The translations under genes and the position numbers were made by a program. A stretch of 62,233 nucleotides of DNA, from the IMG/VR virus record IMGVR_UViG_3300025030_000016, positions 1-62,233 of that record; one strand, given 5' to 3'. Each line of letters starts with the position of its first letter. The stretch's first letter is position 1. Of this stretch, positions 9,882 to 19,118 are shown in pieces. The notes beneath the pieces are model-generated. The model was not told where the DNA came from. It worked only from the letters and a program-made list of their open reading frames with translations, and made no database searches. This DNA is from a virus (lineage: Duplodnaviria > Caudoviricetes).

Positions 9882-9905
9882 GTGTAAAATTACATATTTC
9901 AGGTC

Positions 9906-10151
9906 TCAGTGCTTAAATAATTCAATGAGTTCCTTCAAGGCCCTCGCCTCCCCCTGCTCCTTGGCCCCGCTCCCCTCCTTGGCGAGGGATTCCTTGACCA
10001 CCTCGCGGCGCAGCACCAGCAGGTTGAAGAGCGCCTCGCCCACGTCGCTATTTGGCAGCCGCTCCTTTAGCAGCTTTACCAGCTCCTGCTCCTGTTTCTT
10101 TTGGTTCTGAAGCTCTGAGAAGTAGGTCGACCGATTGTAGGGCTGAAGCAT
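9906..10151 (-). CDS. Small head-module protein overlapping the portal 3' end
   Basis: RBS AAGGAG 7 nt before ATG 10151; QGEARALKELI motif typical of the small gene after podovirus portals. Confidence 0.65.
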   Translation of the reverse strand: MLQPYNRSTYFSELQNQKKQEQELVKLLKERLPNSDVGEALFNLLVLRREVVKESLAKEGSGAKEQGEARALKELIELFKH

Positions 10152-12129
10152 CTTTGACTCCTTTGGCTGCCGCCAGGTTGTGTACCGTCTTGGAGTGGAT
10201 CTCCGCCGCCTTGGCCTCTACCAGCGCCACGATCTCCTCGGCGGAGGCCTGCGCCTTCTGCGCGTCGGCACTCTGCTTGGCGGCCTTGCTCTGGTCCAGA
10301 CCCTGCTGGATCTGCGCCGCCTGCGCCTGCTGCTGGTCGAAAGCCGCCAGCGCCGCCTCGGCCTCCTTACCGGTCTTCACCAGGCGTCTAGGCAGGTCGC
10401 GGGACAGGAACTCCTCGATCAGGAACTCATCCTCGTTGATCAGCACCATCTGGCGCGGGGTCAGGGTGGTCTTCAGTTGAGCCAGCGCAGCGCCCCGGAC
10501 TTCCTTGGCGACCAGGGAGAGGTTCCCTTTGGGGAGCACGCTGAAGTCCCCCTTGATGTCCTGCTTCGGGTTGAGCTCCATGTTCCACGCCACCAGCGAA
10601 CCGATCAGGGATTTGACGAAGCGGTCGAAGGAGCGCACGTCGTCCTTGGTCACCATGTCGCCGCCGGAGGCCATCATGCTCATGTTGTTGGAGGTCCGGA
10701 ACGCCTCGCCCAGGGGCTGCGCGTTACCCATGCGCCAGGAGGGGAGGTTCGACTCGACATCGAAGACCTCCAGCACCGTCTTTCGCAGCTCCAGAAGCTC
10801 GGAGATGTGCGAGGGGATGTCCACGGAGCGCACCGCGGGGTAGTTCGCCTCGGCGCCTTCGCCGTGGCGGAACACGGTCATACCACCCGTTATCGGCTGC
10901 CCCTGGCTCTCCACTTCGAGGAGGTCGTTGTTCACCTCCACGATAGGCCTGCTGGCGGAAGCCATGTTGTCCATGGTGCAGCGGTCGATGGCGCAGAGCT
11001 TCATCTGCGAGTCCCTCAGGATCTCGACCTTGGCGGTGCCGGTGAGCGGGCCGTCCTCGTCCTCCTCGGGGATGAAGACGTGGAACATGTCGGAGACCTT
11101 CTCGCCGAAGGGTGCGGTGTCGGCCTTGATCACGGTGTTGTCCAGGAGCCACACGTCGGCCAGGATGTCCTTCTGGAGCGCCGACTCGGGGATCTCGACG
11201 CCGATCTCCTTCAGATCCTTGGCCGAGACGAAGCCGTAGTAGCGGATGATCTCGTACTGCCTGCTCATGTGGGGGGCGCTGGTGCTGATATGCTTGATCT
11301 CGTTCAACTCGCTCTCGAAGCTGCGCGCCTTGTAGTTCCCCCCCTGCGAGTTGGCAAGGTAGGTCTTGATCTCGGAACCTATGAAATTGTCGTCGGCGAT
11401 CAGGCTGGAGAGGCGGTGCTTGGGCAGCACCTTCCGGACGAAGAGACCTTCCTGATCCTCCCACCTCATGGCGGTCAGGTCGGGATAGACGTCCCACGCC
11501 TTCTGAGGCTCGTAGTAGGGGCGCTTCACCGGGGTGGAGACAGCGACGTAGTTGCCGCTTTGGTCCGGTTTCCACTCGCGGGAGGTGGTCGAGTAGACCA
11601 GAGGACCCTCGGCGACACCGAAACCGTAGATGCCGCCCCGGCGCACTACCTTCTTGCAGAGTTCCGGATAGTCCAGCTTGGAGTCGGCCAGCTGGTCCTC
11701 CATCTCAAGCTCCATGCGCGCTGCACGCTGCTTGGCGAAAGCCTTGACCGCCTCCTCGATCATCTCGGAGGTGACCGGCGTGCCGGCTTCGGCCTGCTGC
11801 TCGTTCAGCGTGGAGATGATCGTCTCCAGATCCTGAAGGGCGATGTTGGGGAAGGGGGTCGGCTCCAGCCCCCAGTTCTTCTCCTGGGCCGGGAACATCA
11901 TCTCCATCATCTTGGCGACCCAGCCCACGAGTTTTGTGTGGGTGTCCTTGGGGTAGACCCTGGAGCGCCCCTCGGGGATCTTGACCTCGGAGTCGTAGAC
12001 CGCCTTGTACTGGCGCAGGTTCTTCAGCCACTGGATCTCCAGCTCGCGGCGCTCGGATTCATAGGTATCGAAACGCTTGCGGAGGCTCAGCCCCAGCTGC
12101 TCCAGTTTCTCTTTGTTCTGGACGATCAT
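10048..12129 (-). CDS. Portal protein
   Basis: ~693 aa following terL; WLKNLRQYKAVY, RSRVYPK, IYGFGVAEGP, WDVYPD; RBS GGAGG before ATG 12129. Confidence 0.88.
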   Translation of the reverse strand: MIVQNKEKLEQLGLSLRKRFDTYESERRELEIQWLKNLRQYKAVYDSEVKIPEGRSRVYPKDTHTKLVGWVAKMMEMMFPAQEKNWGLEPTPFPNIALQDLETIISTLNEQQAEAGTPVTSEMIEEAVKAFAKQRAARMELEMEDQLADSKLDYPELCKKVVRRGGIYGFGVAEGPLVYSTTSREWKPDQSGNYVAVSTPVKRPYYEPQKAWDVYPDLTAMRWEDQEGLFVRKVLPKHRLSSLIADDNFIGSEIKTYLANSQGGNYKARSFESELNEIKHISTSAPHMSRQYEIIRYYGFVSAKDLKEIGVEIPESALQKDILADVWLLDNTVIKADTAPFGEKVSDMFHVFIPEEDEDGPLTGTAKVEILRDSQMKLCAIDRCTMDNMASASRPIVEVNNDLLEVESQGQPITGGMTVFRHGEGAEANYPAVRSVDIPSHISELLELRKTVLEVFDVESNLPSWRMGNAQPLGEAFRTSNNMSMMASGGDMVTKDDVRSFDRFVKSLIGSLVAWNMELNPKQDIKGDFSVLPKGNLSLVAKEVRGAALAQLKTTLTPRQMVLINEDEFLIEEFLSRDLPRRLVKTGKEAEAALAAFDQQQAQAAQIQQGLDQSKAAKQSADAQKAQASAEEIVALVEAKAAEIHSKTVHNLAAAKGVKDASALQSVDLLLRASEPKETGAGAGKAAKGAAAK

Positions 12130-12248
12130 TGAAACCACCTCCACACCGAAATAGCTGCCATGCCTGCCAGACCTAGTATGACCAGCGCAACCCCGCCGGT
12201 CATTTCGACACGTTTGTCGCCGTCTTTAGATGAGATGGTGATAACCAT
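12126..12248 (-). CDS. 40-aa single-TM protein between terL and portal
   Basis: RBS GGAGG; MVITISSKDGDKRVEMTGGVALVILGLAGMAAISVWRWFQ; stop overlaps the portal ATG. Confidence 0.55.
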   Translation of the reverse strand: MVITISSKDGDKRVEMTGGVALVILGLAGMAAISVWRWFQ

Positions 12249-12260
12249 TGAATCCTCCGT

Positions 12261-13718
12261 TTAGTATCCTGCATAGCCGTCGGCAGGGCGGGGGGCGCGA
12301 GCCCTGGCGGTGCTGCGCTCGTCGCGCCGGTAGTCCGAGGCGTTGTAATCCTTGCCTAGCGCGAAGCCGGTGCCGTACTGGTCCGCCTCCACAACATGCG
12401 ACCAGCGGTTCTTCTCCGGGGTGTCCTTGACCTGCCCTGCGGAGCCTTTCAGCCTCGCGTAGCGGTACTTGCTCCGGAGCCCCTCGACGCACATGCGGCA
12501 CTCGACGTCGTACTCGATCCCGGGCTCCCCGTCGGGCCACCAGTTCCTGAACGGCTCGTCCAGGTGGTTGATGCGGGAGATCGGGTCGTTGGTCTTGGCG
12601 GGGCGCACCTTGTTGCCGCTTCCCGGCTTCTTCGTCACGTACTGCAGCTTCAGTTCCTTGTAGGTCGAGTTGTCGTCCCCGTCACCCTGTCGGGTCCATG
12701 AGGGGTCGCCCACGAAGACCAGCGGGTTGGTGCGGAAGTAAGTGTTCACGATCGGGTTCAGCTTCTGCTCGATGAAGGTCCGCATCCCCATGTCGAAACC
12801 GACCGCCTCGCGCAGCTTTCTAAGCTTGCCGTCGTGACCTACCTGCATGAAGACCATGGCCGGGTTCCTCGCCCCGTCCACCCCTACGATGATCGGGAGG
12901 TGCGGGTCGATGCGCAGGTTCGCCCTGACCCTGCGGTCGTACTGGAAGGAGAGCTCGTAGACCGGCTTCCCTGACATGCTCTTCGCGTAGCGGCCGTGGA
13001 CGTAGACCTCGATCCAGTCGGACCGCTTGCCCTTGGAGAGTTCCTCGTAGTAGCCCGGCCGCAGGTTCTCTTTGTTCTCTGCCTCGGGGGAGAGTCCGGA
13101 GGGCTGCTTGAAAACGTCCACGTCGATGATCGAGTTGTCGTTCCCCTCCTCCTGCGGCAGATGCTCCAGGAGCTTGTAATGGTCGGAGTCGGTCTCCGGG
13201 GGGTTCGTGGTGTAGATGATCCCCGAGCGGTAACGGAACCCCGCCGCCTGCGACGGGTAGCGTCCGGTTCGCCCTTCAAGGTCGGAGAGGAGCTGCACGG
13301 GTACCTCACGTGCCTCCTCAACCCAGGTCCAGGACACCTGGAGGGAAAGAACCCTCTGCACGTCCTCGGGGGAGTCCAAGGCCCTGAAGAGCCAGTCGCT
13401 CTCGATGTCGTGGAACTTGAAGCGCATGATCTGGTCCTGCTCGCGCCACTTGTAGATTTCGACCGGGAGCAGCTCCAGCACCGAGGCGAGCGTGGTGTCC
13501 TTCAGCTGCTGCTTCGTGTTCCTGATGATCAGCATCTTGGAGCGCCGGATGCCGTCGGCGCCGGGAGTCATGAGGATGCTCTGCCGCAGAAGCTCCACGA
13601 TGGCTGCCGTGGTCTTGCCGCCGCCGACCGGCCCCATGAGGGCGCGCATCTTAGCCTCCGAGAGCATGAACTCCCTGCAGGTCTTGGACGGCGTATAGTT
13701 CAAACCCCCGACTGCCAT
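12261..13718 (-). CDS. terL: Terminase large subunit
   Basis: Walker A GPVGGGKT, Walker B WVEEARE, TTNPP coupling motif, nuclease GVDG...GDPS...SHVVEADQY. Confidence 0.92.
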   Translation of the reverse strand: MAVGGLNYTPSKTCREFMLSEAKMRALMGPVGGGKTTAAIVELLRQSILMTPGADGIRRSKMLIIRNTKQQLKDTTLASVLELLPVEIYKWREQDQIMRFKFHDIESDWLFRALDSPEDVQRVLSLQVSWTWVEEAREVPVQLLSDLEGRTGRYPSQAAGFRYRSGIIYTTNPPETDSDHYKLLEHLPQEEGNDNSIIDVDVFKQPSGLSPEAENKENLRPGYYEELSKGKRSDWIEVYVHGRYAKSMSGKPVYELSFQYDRRVRANLRIDPHLPIIVGVDGARNPAMVFMQVGHDGKLRKLREAVGFDMGMRTFIEQKLNPIVNTYFRTNPLVFVGDPSWTRQGDGDDNSTYKELKLQYVTKKPGSGNKVRPAKTNDPISRINHLDEPFRNWWPDGEPGIEYDVECRMCVEGLRSKYRYARLKGSAGQVKDTPEKNRWSHVVEADQYGTGFALGKDYNASDYRRDERSTARARAPRPADGYAGY

Positions 13719-13883
13719 TTACAGAATCCCTCCTATGGTCTCAAACACATCCTCGATCTTCATGGCGGGCTTGCGGAAGCTGTTCAGCTGCAGGTTCTCG
13801 CCGGTCCCCGGGCAGTCGTCGCAGTCGGCGCAGGCCTCGTCCATGGTCTCCCGCCGCTTCTTGCAGTAGAAGGGGGCGGTCAT
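13719..13883 (-). CDS. Small Cys-rich protein
   Basis: MTAPFYC...CADCDDC; ATGA coupling. Confidence 0.5.
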   Translation of the reverse strand: MTAPFYCKKRRETMDEACADCDDCPGTGENLQLNSFRKPAMKIEDVFETIGGIL

Positions 13884-14248
13884 GCGGGCCTCACCTTGAA
13901 CATCCCGTTCTCGCGGGCTTCGCCGCCCCCGAACATGAAGGTGGCCCAGAACCACCGCTTGCTCTGCCAGTAGCGCCCCTCCTCGACCATGATGTCCTGC
14001 AGCACCTGAGAGCACTGCCAGTTGCTGAGTTTCGTACCGTCGTCCCACATGCCGCGGTCGCACAGCATGTCGTGGACCCACCAGGCGCGGCTGGCTATGT
14101 CCATAGCTCCTGTGGCTCCGTCGCTTACGTAGCCGGCAGGTACGAAGATGGTCTTCTGGTAGCGGGGTGAGAAGTAGGCGATTGCCTCGTCCAGCTGGTA
14201 CTTCCCGTTGTCGAGGATGGAGAATCTTATGCTTGAAATGACTTTCAT
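13880..14248 (-). CDS. DUF1353-like protein
   Basis: VPAGYVSDGA...AWWVHDMLC motif; beside the lysis genes. Confidence 0.7.
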   Translation of the reverse strand: MKVISSIRFSILDNGKYQLDEAIAYFSPRYQKTIFVPAGYVSDGATGAMDIASRAWWVHDMLCDRGMWDDGTKLSNWQCSQVLQDIMVEEGRYWQSKRWFWATFMFGGGEARENGMFKVRPA

Positions 14249-14418
14249 CTCGCCGCCTCCTCGTTCTTCTGCCGGCAGTTCCGGCACTCGACAGGGTTAC
14301 GCTTGGCGCACTCCTGGACGTTGTTGCCGTGGACGCAGTGACCCATGGCGTAGGAGCAGTAGGCTCCGCCTCGGGTGCCATAACTTTCCAGCATCTTGAC
14401 ACGCTCGCTGTCTTCCAT
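14245..14418 (-). CDS. Small Cys/His-rich protein
   Basis: MEDSERV...CSYAMGHCVH...C...CRNC; coupled start and stop. Confidence 0.5.
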   Translation of the reverse strand: MEDSERVKMLESYGTRGGAYCSYAMGHCVHGNNVQECAKRNPVECRNCRQKNEEAAR

Positions 14419-14657
14419 TACCTGGCCGCCTCCTTTGCGATCTCGGCTGTCCTGCCGAGCGCCGCCACTCCTGCCGCCCAGACCTGGCCTACAGGTCCTC
14501 GGTTGTCCACGATCACATTCCCGTCCTGACACTTCCCGTCGCTCTGGCAGTAGACTACGACCTTCCGCCCGTCCGAATACTCGAAAGAGGATCTCCTCGC
14601 CCCCAATCCTACGCAGCTGGGGAGCAGGATTATGAAGGCGAGGAGGAGCCGTTTCAC
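14418..14657 (-). CDS. Lipoprotein, possible spanin component
   Basis: GTG start overlapping the amidase stop; KRLLLAFIILLPSC lipobox-like. Confidence 0.55.
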   Translation of the reverse strand: MKRLLLAFIILLPSCVGLGARRSSFEYSDGRKVVVYCQSDGKCQDGNVIVDNRGPVGQVWAAGVAALGRTAEIAKEAAR

Positions 14658-15142
14658 GCCCGTACCTTTTCCATGAACTTCGCCCACGGGAATAGTTTGC
14701 CCGGGCAGCTCTTGGCCGCGAAGTCGTGGTGCCGGTGTACTGTGTCGGCGGAGAGCTTGAACCTTTTCAGATAGTTCGCCGTGACGGTTGCCGCGAGCGA
14801 GAGCATCGCGTCGTCGGGCGGTGCCAGGTCGAAGTTCCCCACCAGGCAGATCCCGATATGGTCGTTCTTCCCGACGCAGTGCGCCCCGTACTTGGACAGG
14901 TCGCGGCCCGTCATGAGCGTGAGCACGCCGTTCACCCTCTCGATCCCTGCATGGTAGCCGATGTCGGACCAGGGCGACTCCAGCCCTCGGGCTCCCGCCG
15001 CCTGCAGCGTTATGAAGCGATCCTTGGTGACCACCTCGCCGTGGTGCCTGTAAGAGGTGTGGAATTTCCGGATGCCCTCCCAGTCGACGGTCTTGCCGTC
15101 CTTGGTGAGCGAGTGGTGGATGACGATCCCTTGTGGGGTCAT
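14654..15142 (-). CDS. Endolysin, N-acetylmuramoyl-L-alanine amidase (Amidase_2, T7 lysozyme-like)
   Basis: IVIHHS, WSDIGYH, GAHC, IGICLVGNF, H...KSCPG Zn-ligand pattern. Confidence 0.9.
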   Translation of the reverse strand: MTPQGIVIHHSLTKDGKTVDWEGIRKFHTSYRHHGEVVTKDRFITLQAAGARGLESPWSDIGYHAGIERVNGVLTLMTGRDLSKYGAHCVGKNDHIGICLVGNFDLAPPDDAMLSLAATVTANYLKRFKLSADTVHRHHDFAAKSCPGKLFPWAKFMEKVRA

Positions 15143-15270
15143 GGCTTAGCTCCTTGAGGCGCCTGCATGGTGGCGGACACCCCGATCAGGAAGACGTTGG
15201 CGTCCCGCCGCTTAGGTGCGGCGCAGGCGGCGAGGGCGAGACAGAGAGCCGCGATCACCGCCCGGGTCAT
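15139..15270 (-). CDS. 43-aa lipoprotein (possible o-spanin)
   Basis: MTRAVIAALCLALAAC with LAAC lipobox; TAATG coupling. Confidence 0.6.
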   Translation of the reverse strand: MTRAVIAALCLALAACAAPKRRDANVFLIGVSATMQAPQGAKP

Positions 15271-15758
15271 TACTGCACCCTCACGATGGCGTTGGTCGCG
15301 TCGGCGGTCGGGAAGGTGACGGTCAGGGTTCCGGCGCTGGGCTGCACGGCGGAGGCCAGGTTCCCCACGTAGATGGCCGGGTCGCCCACCACGGTGTCGT
15401 TGTAGATGATCACGCACTTGGCTGCGGAGGTGAAGGTGACGCCGGCCGCCACCTCGTCGGCGAAGTCGATCCAGGCGGTGGTGCCACTTGAGTTGCTGGC
15501 CCGGGTGTCCAGGGTGTAGCCTCCGGCGGTGTAGCCGGTGCCGCTCACCTCGTTGGTCGCCGAGTAGGCCGTGGTCGCCGCCCCGTAGGTCGCCGTGTCG
15601 GTGTAGAAGGCGATCTTGTAGGTGTTGGCGGCGAGATGCACGCCATCCAGGAACTCCTTCTTTGCCGAGGTCGGGAAGGCGGTGGTGCAGGCGGCGAAAC
15701 CATTGGCGCCGAATGCGAGGACGATGAGTACTGCGAGAAAGAGGTGCGCTTTTTTCAT
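15270..15758 (-). CDS. Fibre-associated structural-family protein with N-terminal signal peptide
   Basis: RBS AAGGAG; MKKAHLFLAVLIVLAFGANGFA then KKEFLDGVH...YKIAFYT...TTAYSATNEVSGTGYTAGG. Confidence 0.75.
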   Translation of the reverse strand: MKKAHLFLAVLIVLAFGANGFAACTTAFPTSAKKEFLDGVHLAANTYKIAFYTDTATYGAATTAYSATNEVSGTGYTAGGYTLDTRASNSSGTTAWIDFADEVAAGVTFTSAAKCVIIYNDTVVGDPAIYVGNLASAVQPSAGTLTVTFPTADATNAIVRVQ

Positions 15759-15771
15759 GGTGAGGCTCCTT

Positions 15772-17277
15772 TTAGATCTGATTTCCGCTGGCATCGTAAA
15801 ATGTAACTGCGGCGCCTCCGGCGCTCTTGAATGCCGCGGCGCTGCCTTGGCTGTCTTTCAGGGCGGAGATAGTGATGGTCACACTGTCGCTCACGGGGTC
15901 CGATACATTCCCCGCTGCGTCCTTGGCCCATGCGTAGAGGGTTTTGCTCCCCTCAGCGGTGAAGACGTACTCTGTCGGTGGCGTGGCACTCCACGCCAAC
16001 ATAGCGGATTTGGCTGTGCCTCCTGCACCGTCAGTAGTCACATTGCTAAAATCGGCAAGCGGGGCGACGTTGTTCTCGGTGAGGAGAAATCCATCTGCTG
16101 CTACATTGTCCGTTGCAGATACGGTGAGGGCTACGGTCAGGCTATTTGATGTTGCAGGCATACTGAAAGTAACTGTCGGCGCAGTGTTGTCAGTTGGTAC
16201 AGGTGCAACAATCCCCCCAGCATCATACTGGTAGATCACCCCTTCCGTGTATCCTGTGCGGCAACTCTCCGGGTATCCCGCCGTTGCTATGCCGGAGTAC
16301 CAGAGCCTCATGGTCATGGTGCCGCTTGCTGCAGTCAGTATGAAGCCTGACCTGTAAATACCGATGTCGTCCCAACTGCCAGCGACAGGAGCAAGTACCG
16401 CCGTGGGTGCCAGAGGGTAGCTGATTGCGGTCGGATCGGACAGGTTGACAGCGGCGTGTACCAATACCTGACCAACAAGCCAGTTTGCCGGTCTCGGCGT
16501 CACAATCGCGTTGACAAGTAAATCTATCTGTCCCGAAATCACCGGATTTGCAAATGCCGTGATGTGGTTGGGCTCAAATCCTGGATAGGCCGCTGTGAAT
16601 TCGGCCACCGTGCCTAGATATTGAGTCGTACCCCACGTAATGCCGTCCGTTGATGTGTGGTAGGTGATGCGTAAGTAGTTAGCACCCTTAACAGCGTTGG
16701 CGTCCTGCACCACTCCGAACATGTGCCAACTGTCGGCAGCAGTGCGTACCACGGCGGGGGAGTTGGCGTAAAGCACCTTGCTCACCCACGGCATGACGCA
16801 AGAGGGAGCGGATAACACCCCCGCGTTAGAATACGTCCGCCGCATGACGCCGGGGCCGGGGTTTACCGTGCCGCTATAGTCGGCAACTATCGTCTCATCC
16901 GTCCTGACCCAATAACATACGATTTGGTCGCCTACAGAGTCATAGAGGATTTCAGCATCCTCTGCCACCGGGCCTATGATTCCGTCAACGTCCTCGAACC
17001 ACGAAACGTCATCCATCCAGAACTGTAATGCCCAATCGACATTATCGTTCGACGCGTAAACAACAGGGTTTTCTGGCACGATGGTGGTCATGCCTAGCCA
17101 GTAGCGATATCCCCGCCACTGGTTGATTGGGTTGCCGGAAAGGTCGTTTACCAGCGTGAAGTCGATTACGGTGTGATGTACGCTCTGGATGTCCGATTGT
17201 GCGGAAGTGCCGTAATTGGGGTGATCCGGATTGATGGAAGCAATCCACGATACCGCGTTCTGGAGTATGGTTGTCAT
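15772..17277 (-). CDS. Glycoside-hydrolase-like beta-propeller protein with C-terminal Ig-like repeat
   Basis: ENPVVYASND, NSPAVV, Asp-box STDGITW, WDDIGIYRS, LWYSG; C-terminal SKTLYAWAKDAAGNVS. Confidence 0.7.
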   Translation of the reverse strand: MTTILQNAVSWIASINPDHPNYGTSAQSDIQSVHHTVIDFTLVNDLSGNPINQWRGYRYWLGMTTIVPENPVVYASNDNVDWALQFWMDDVSWFEDVDGIIGPVAEDAEILYDSVGDQIVCYWVRTDETIVADYSGTVNPGPGVMRRTYSNAGVLSAPSCVMPWVSKVLYANSPAVVRTAADSWHMFGVVQDANAVKGANYLRITYHTSTDGITWGTTQYLGTVAEFTAAYPGFEPNHITAFANPVISGQIDLLVNAIVTPRPANWLVGQVLVHAAVNLSDPTAISYPLAPTAVLAPVAGSWDDIGIYRSGFILTAASGTMTMRLWYSGIATAGYPESCRTGYTEGVIYQYDAGGIVAPVPTDNTAPTVTFSMPATSNSLTVALTVSATDNVAADGFLLTENNVAPLADFSNVTTDGAGGTAKSAMLAWSATPPTEYVFTAEGSKTLYAWAKDAAGNVSDPVSDSVTITISALKDSQGSAAAFKSAGGAAVTFYDASGNQI

Positions 17278-17286
17278 GTCAACTCC

Positions 17287-18693
17287 TTACGGTATCGGGA
17301 TGGAAATATCGTCAATCCAGCCGCCGCCGCCTATGCTCGATATTGAGATCATGATTGTCGTACCGGTCGCAGCAGTGACGGGTACAGTAAACTGGTACCA
17401 TGTCCCGTTGGAATATGTTCCCCCCAGTGGCTGAGTTAGCTTGTTAACTCCGCCCACATAGACATGCAACGTCCCAGCATCCAGTGATCCCGTATCGCAC
17501 TTGTACCAGAACGTCATATCCCCTGCGGCAATGTCCATAGTACGGGACATCGCGCCAGATCCAGACGTGTCGCCGTCACCGCCGCCGAGATTCCATGATG
17601 GGGCACTGGTCTTGCCTGTGATGGTAGCCACATGTGACGCACCGCCAGTTCCATCCGTGCTTGCCGTCCAATCATCGAACGTGGTAGCTCCGTTGGGTGC
17701 GCCGTCTAAGCCGGTAGTGTATGTGCTGCCGGATGCTGCTGCGGCTACGACAAGCGTGCCGACCGCACCAGCTCCGGAGATCCCTGCGAGGGGGACAGTC
17801 CCGTCCGTTGCGTCGGACGCAGTCAAGGTGCCGATGTCTCCGGTCGCAGCTGCGCCGGCCAAGGTGACCGCCCCGTCTCCGGCGACCGTCAGGGCTCCGA
17901 CCGCACCGTCTGCGGAGACGCCTGTCAGGAGGATGTCCCCCGCTCCGCTGGCCGAAGCGACCAGGTCTCCGACGGCGCCTGCGCCGTAGACTCCCGTAAG
18001 GGAGAGCGTCCCGCCTGCAGCCATGGTGAGCGTGCCGACCGCGCCCGTGCCGTTGACCCCGGTGAGCGATGCCGTGGCTGACCCCGCCTCGATCAGGCTG
18101 GCATCATAGCAGAAGATGTAGCTCGCGTTGATGCCGCGGCTGGTGTACTGCGACACCTCCGAGGCCATGGTGGTCTGCCAGCCCGCCCCGCAGCCGGTGG
18201 GGGAGGCGAGGAAAACGGCAGAGTGGGTCGTGATCGGGGGAACCGAGGTGAACCTGCTGTCGTTTCCCGCCGCGACCGTGCCGGCGGTCGTGCCGACACC
18301 CAAGGCTGCAGCTGCGCCCAAGGTGGGGAGGTTGTTCAGGGCGTTATAGTCGGTGGTGCCGGAAGCTCCAGCCGGTCCTTGAGGACCTTCGGGTCCGGTC
18401 GGCCCTGTTGCCCCCTGAATACCTTGAACCCCCTGCGGACCCTGTGGTCCGGTGGGTCCTTGAGGTCCTGCCGGTCCTTGAGGTCCTTCAATCAGGACCC
18501 CGCCGTCACCCGCGATGAAGGCGTGCTCGTAGACCCCTGCGGCGGAGTCGTAGACCAGAGCCTTGCCGTTGTCGCCGGAGGTGGGCGCCAGCACCCGCTT
18601 CCCGTTCAGCTTCCCTGCGTCGGTGAGAAGCGGCGCGGCCTGGGCGAGGCTTGCGGCCAGAAGGAGTGCAACTGTGAGGGCGAACTTTCTCAT
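17287..18693 (-). CDS. Collagen-like fibre protein with signal peptide and Gly-rich beta repeats
   Basis: ATG 18693 (ATGA overlap, RBS GGGAGA); MRKFALTVALLLAASLAQA; 15 GXY triplets; 5 LxGxxxxGxxGxL repeats; C-terminal lectin-like domain. Confidence 0.8.
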   Translation of the reverse strand: MRKFALTVALLLAASLAQAAPLLTDAGKLNGKRVLAPTSGDNGKALVYDSAAGVYEHAFIAGDGGVLIEGPQGPAGPQGPTGPQGPQGVQGIQGATGPTGPEGPQGPAGASGTTDYNALNNLPTLGAAAALGVGTTAGTVAAGNDSRFTSVPPITTHSAVFLASPTGCGAGWQTTMASEVSQYTSRGINASYIFCYDASLIEAGSATASLTGVNGTGAVGTLTMAAGGTLSLTGVYGAGAVGDLVASASGAGDILLTGVSADGAVGALTVAGDGAVTLAGAAATGDIGTLTASDATDGTVPLAGISGAGAVGTLVVAAAASGSTYTTGLDGAPNGATTFDDWTASTDGTGGASHVATITGKTSAPSWNLGGGDGDTSGSGAMSRTMDIAAGDMTFWYKCDTGSLDAGTLHVYVGGVNKLTQPLGGTYSNGTWYQFTVPVTAATGTTIMISISSIGGGGWIDDISIPIP

Positions 18694-19118
18694 ATGATCT
18701 CCCAGCCCAGAGTGAGCCCCTCCAGGGACTGCCCCTCGACCATCTCCACAGGGTTCCCGTCGGCGTCTGTCAGGGTCGGCACGATGTACCTGTTCCCGAT
18801 CTTGATACTCCCCACGGTGGGGCCTGCCAAGGTCGCGTTGTCGCCCAAGTAAGCGGCGAACTGTTTCTCGGCGTCGGCTGTGACCCGTATCGTCTTCAAC
18901 CCCCACTGCGCGATCTTGATATGGTAGACCACCCCCTGCAGAAGGGTGAGCGACCAGGCGCCGTTCTCGTCGGTCACGTCGGTGAGCGTCAAGGCCTGGG
19001 TGTCCACCGTCGCATCGTCGATGTGCTGCTCGGGGAGAGGCATCGCCTTCACGGCGCGGCCGGCAAGCGGCACTCCCGCTCCTGACAGGTGAATCCCGGT
19101 GAGGGTCTGCAGGTTCAT
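18690..19118 (-). CDS. Stand-alone fibre anchor-like domain protein
   Basis: TDENGAWSLTL resembles TDVDGQFAVDL of the tailspike N-terminus. Confidence 0.6.
   Translation of the reverse strand: MNLQTLTGIHLSGAGVPLAGRAVKAMPLPEQHIDDATVDTQALTLTDVTDENGAWSLTLLQGVVYHIKIAQWGLKTIRVTADAEKQFAAYLGDNATLAGPTVGSIKIGNRYIVPTLTDADGNPVEMVEGQSLEGLTLGWEII

Noticed and set aside
10180-12132. Long antisense ORFs (also 43318..45318, 54258..56138, 40561..41877)
   Set aside because: Shadow frames of high-GC3 genes with no motifs or RBS, unlike the same-strand MTase overlap that carries motif IX
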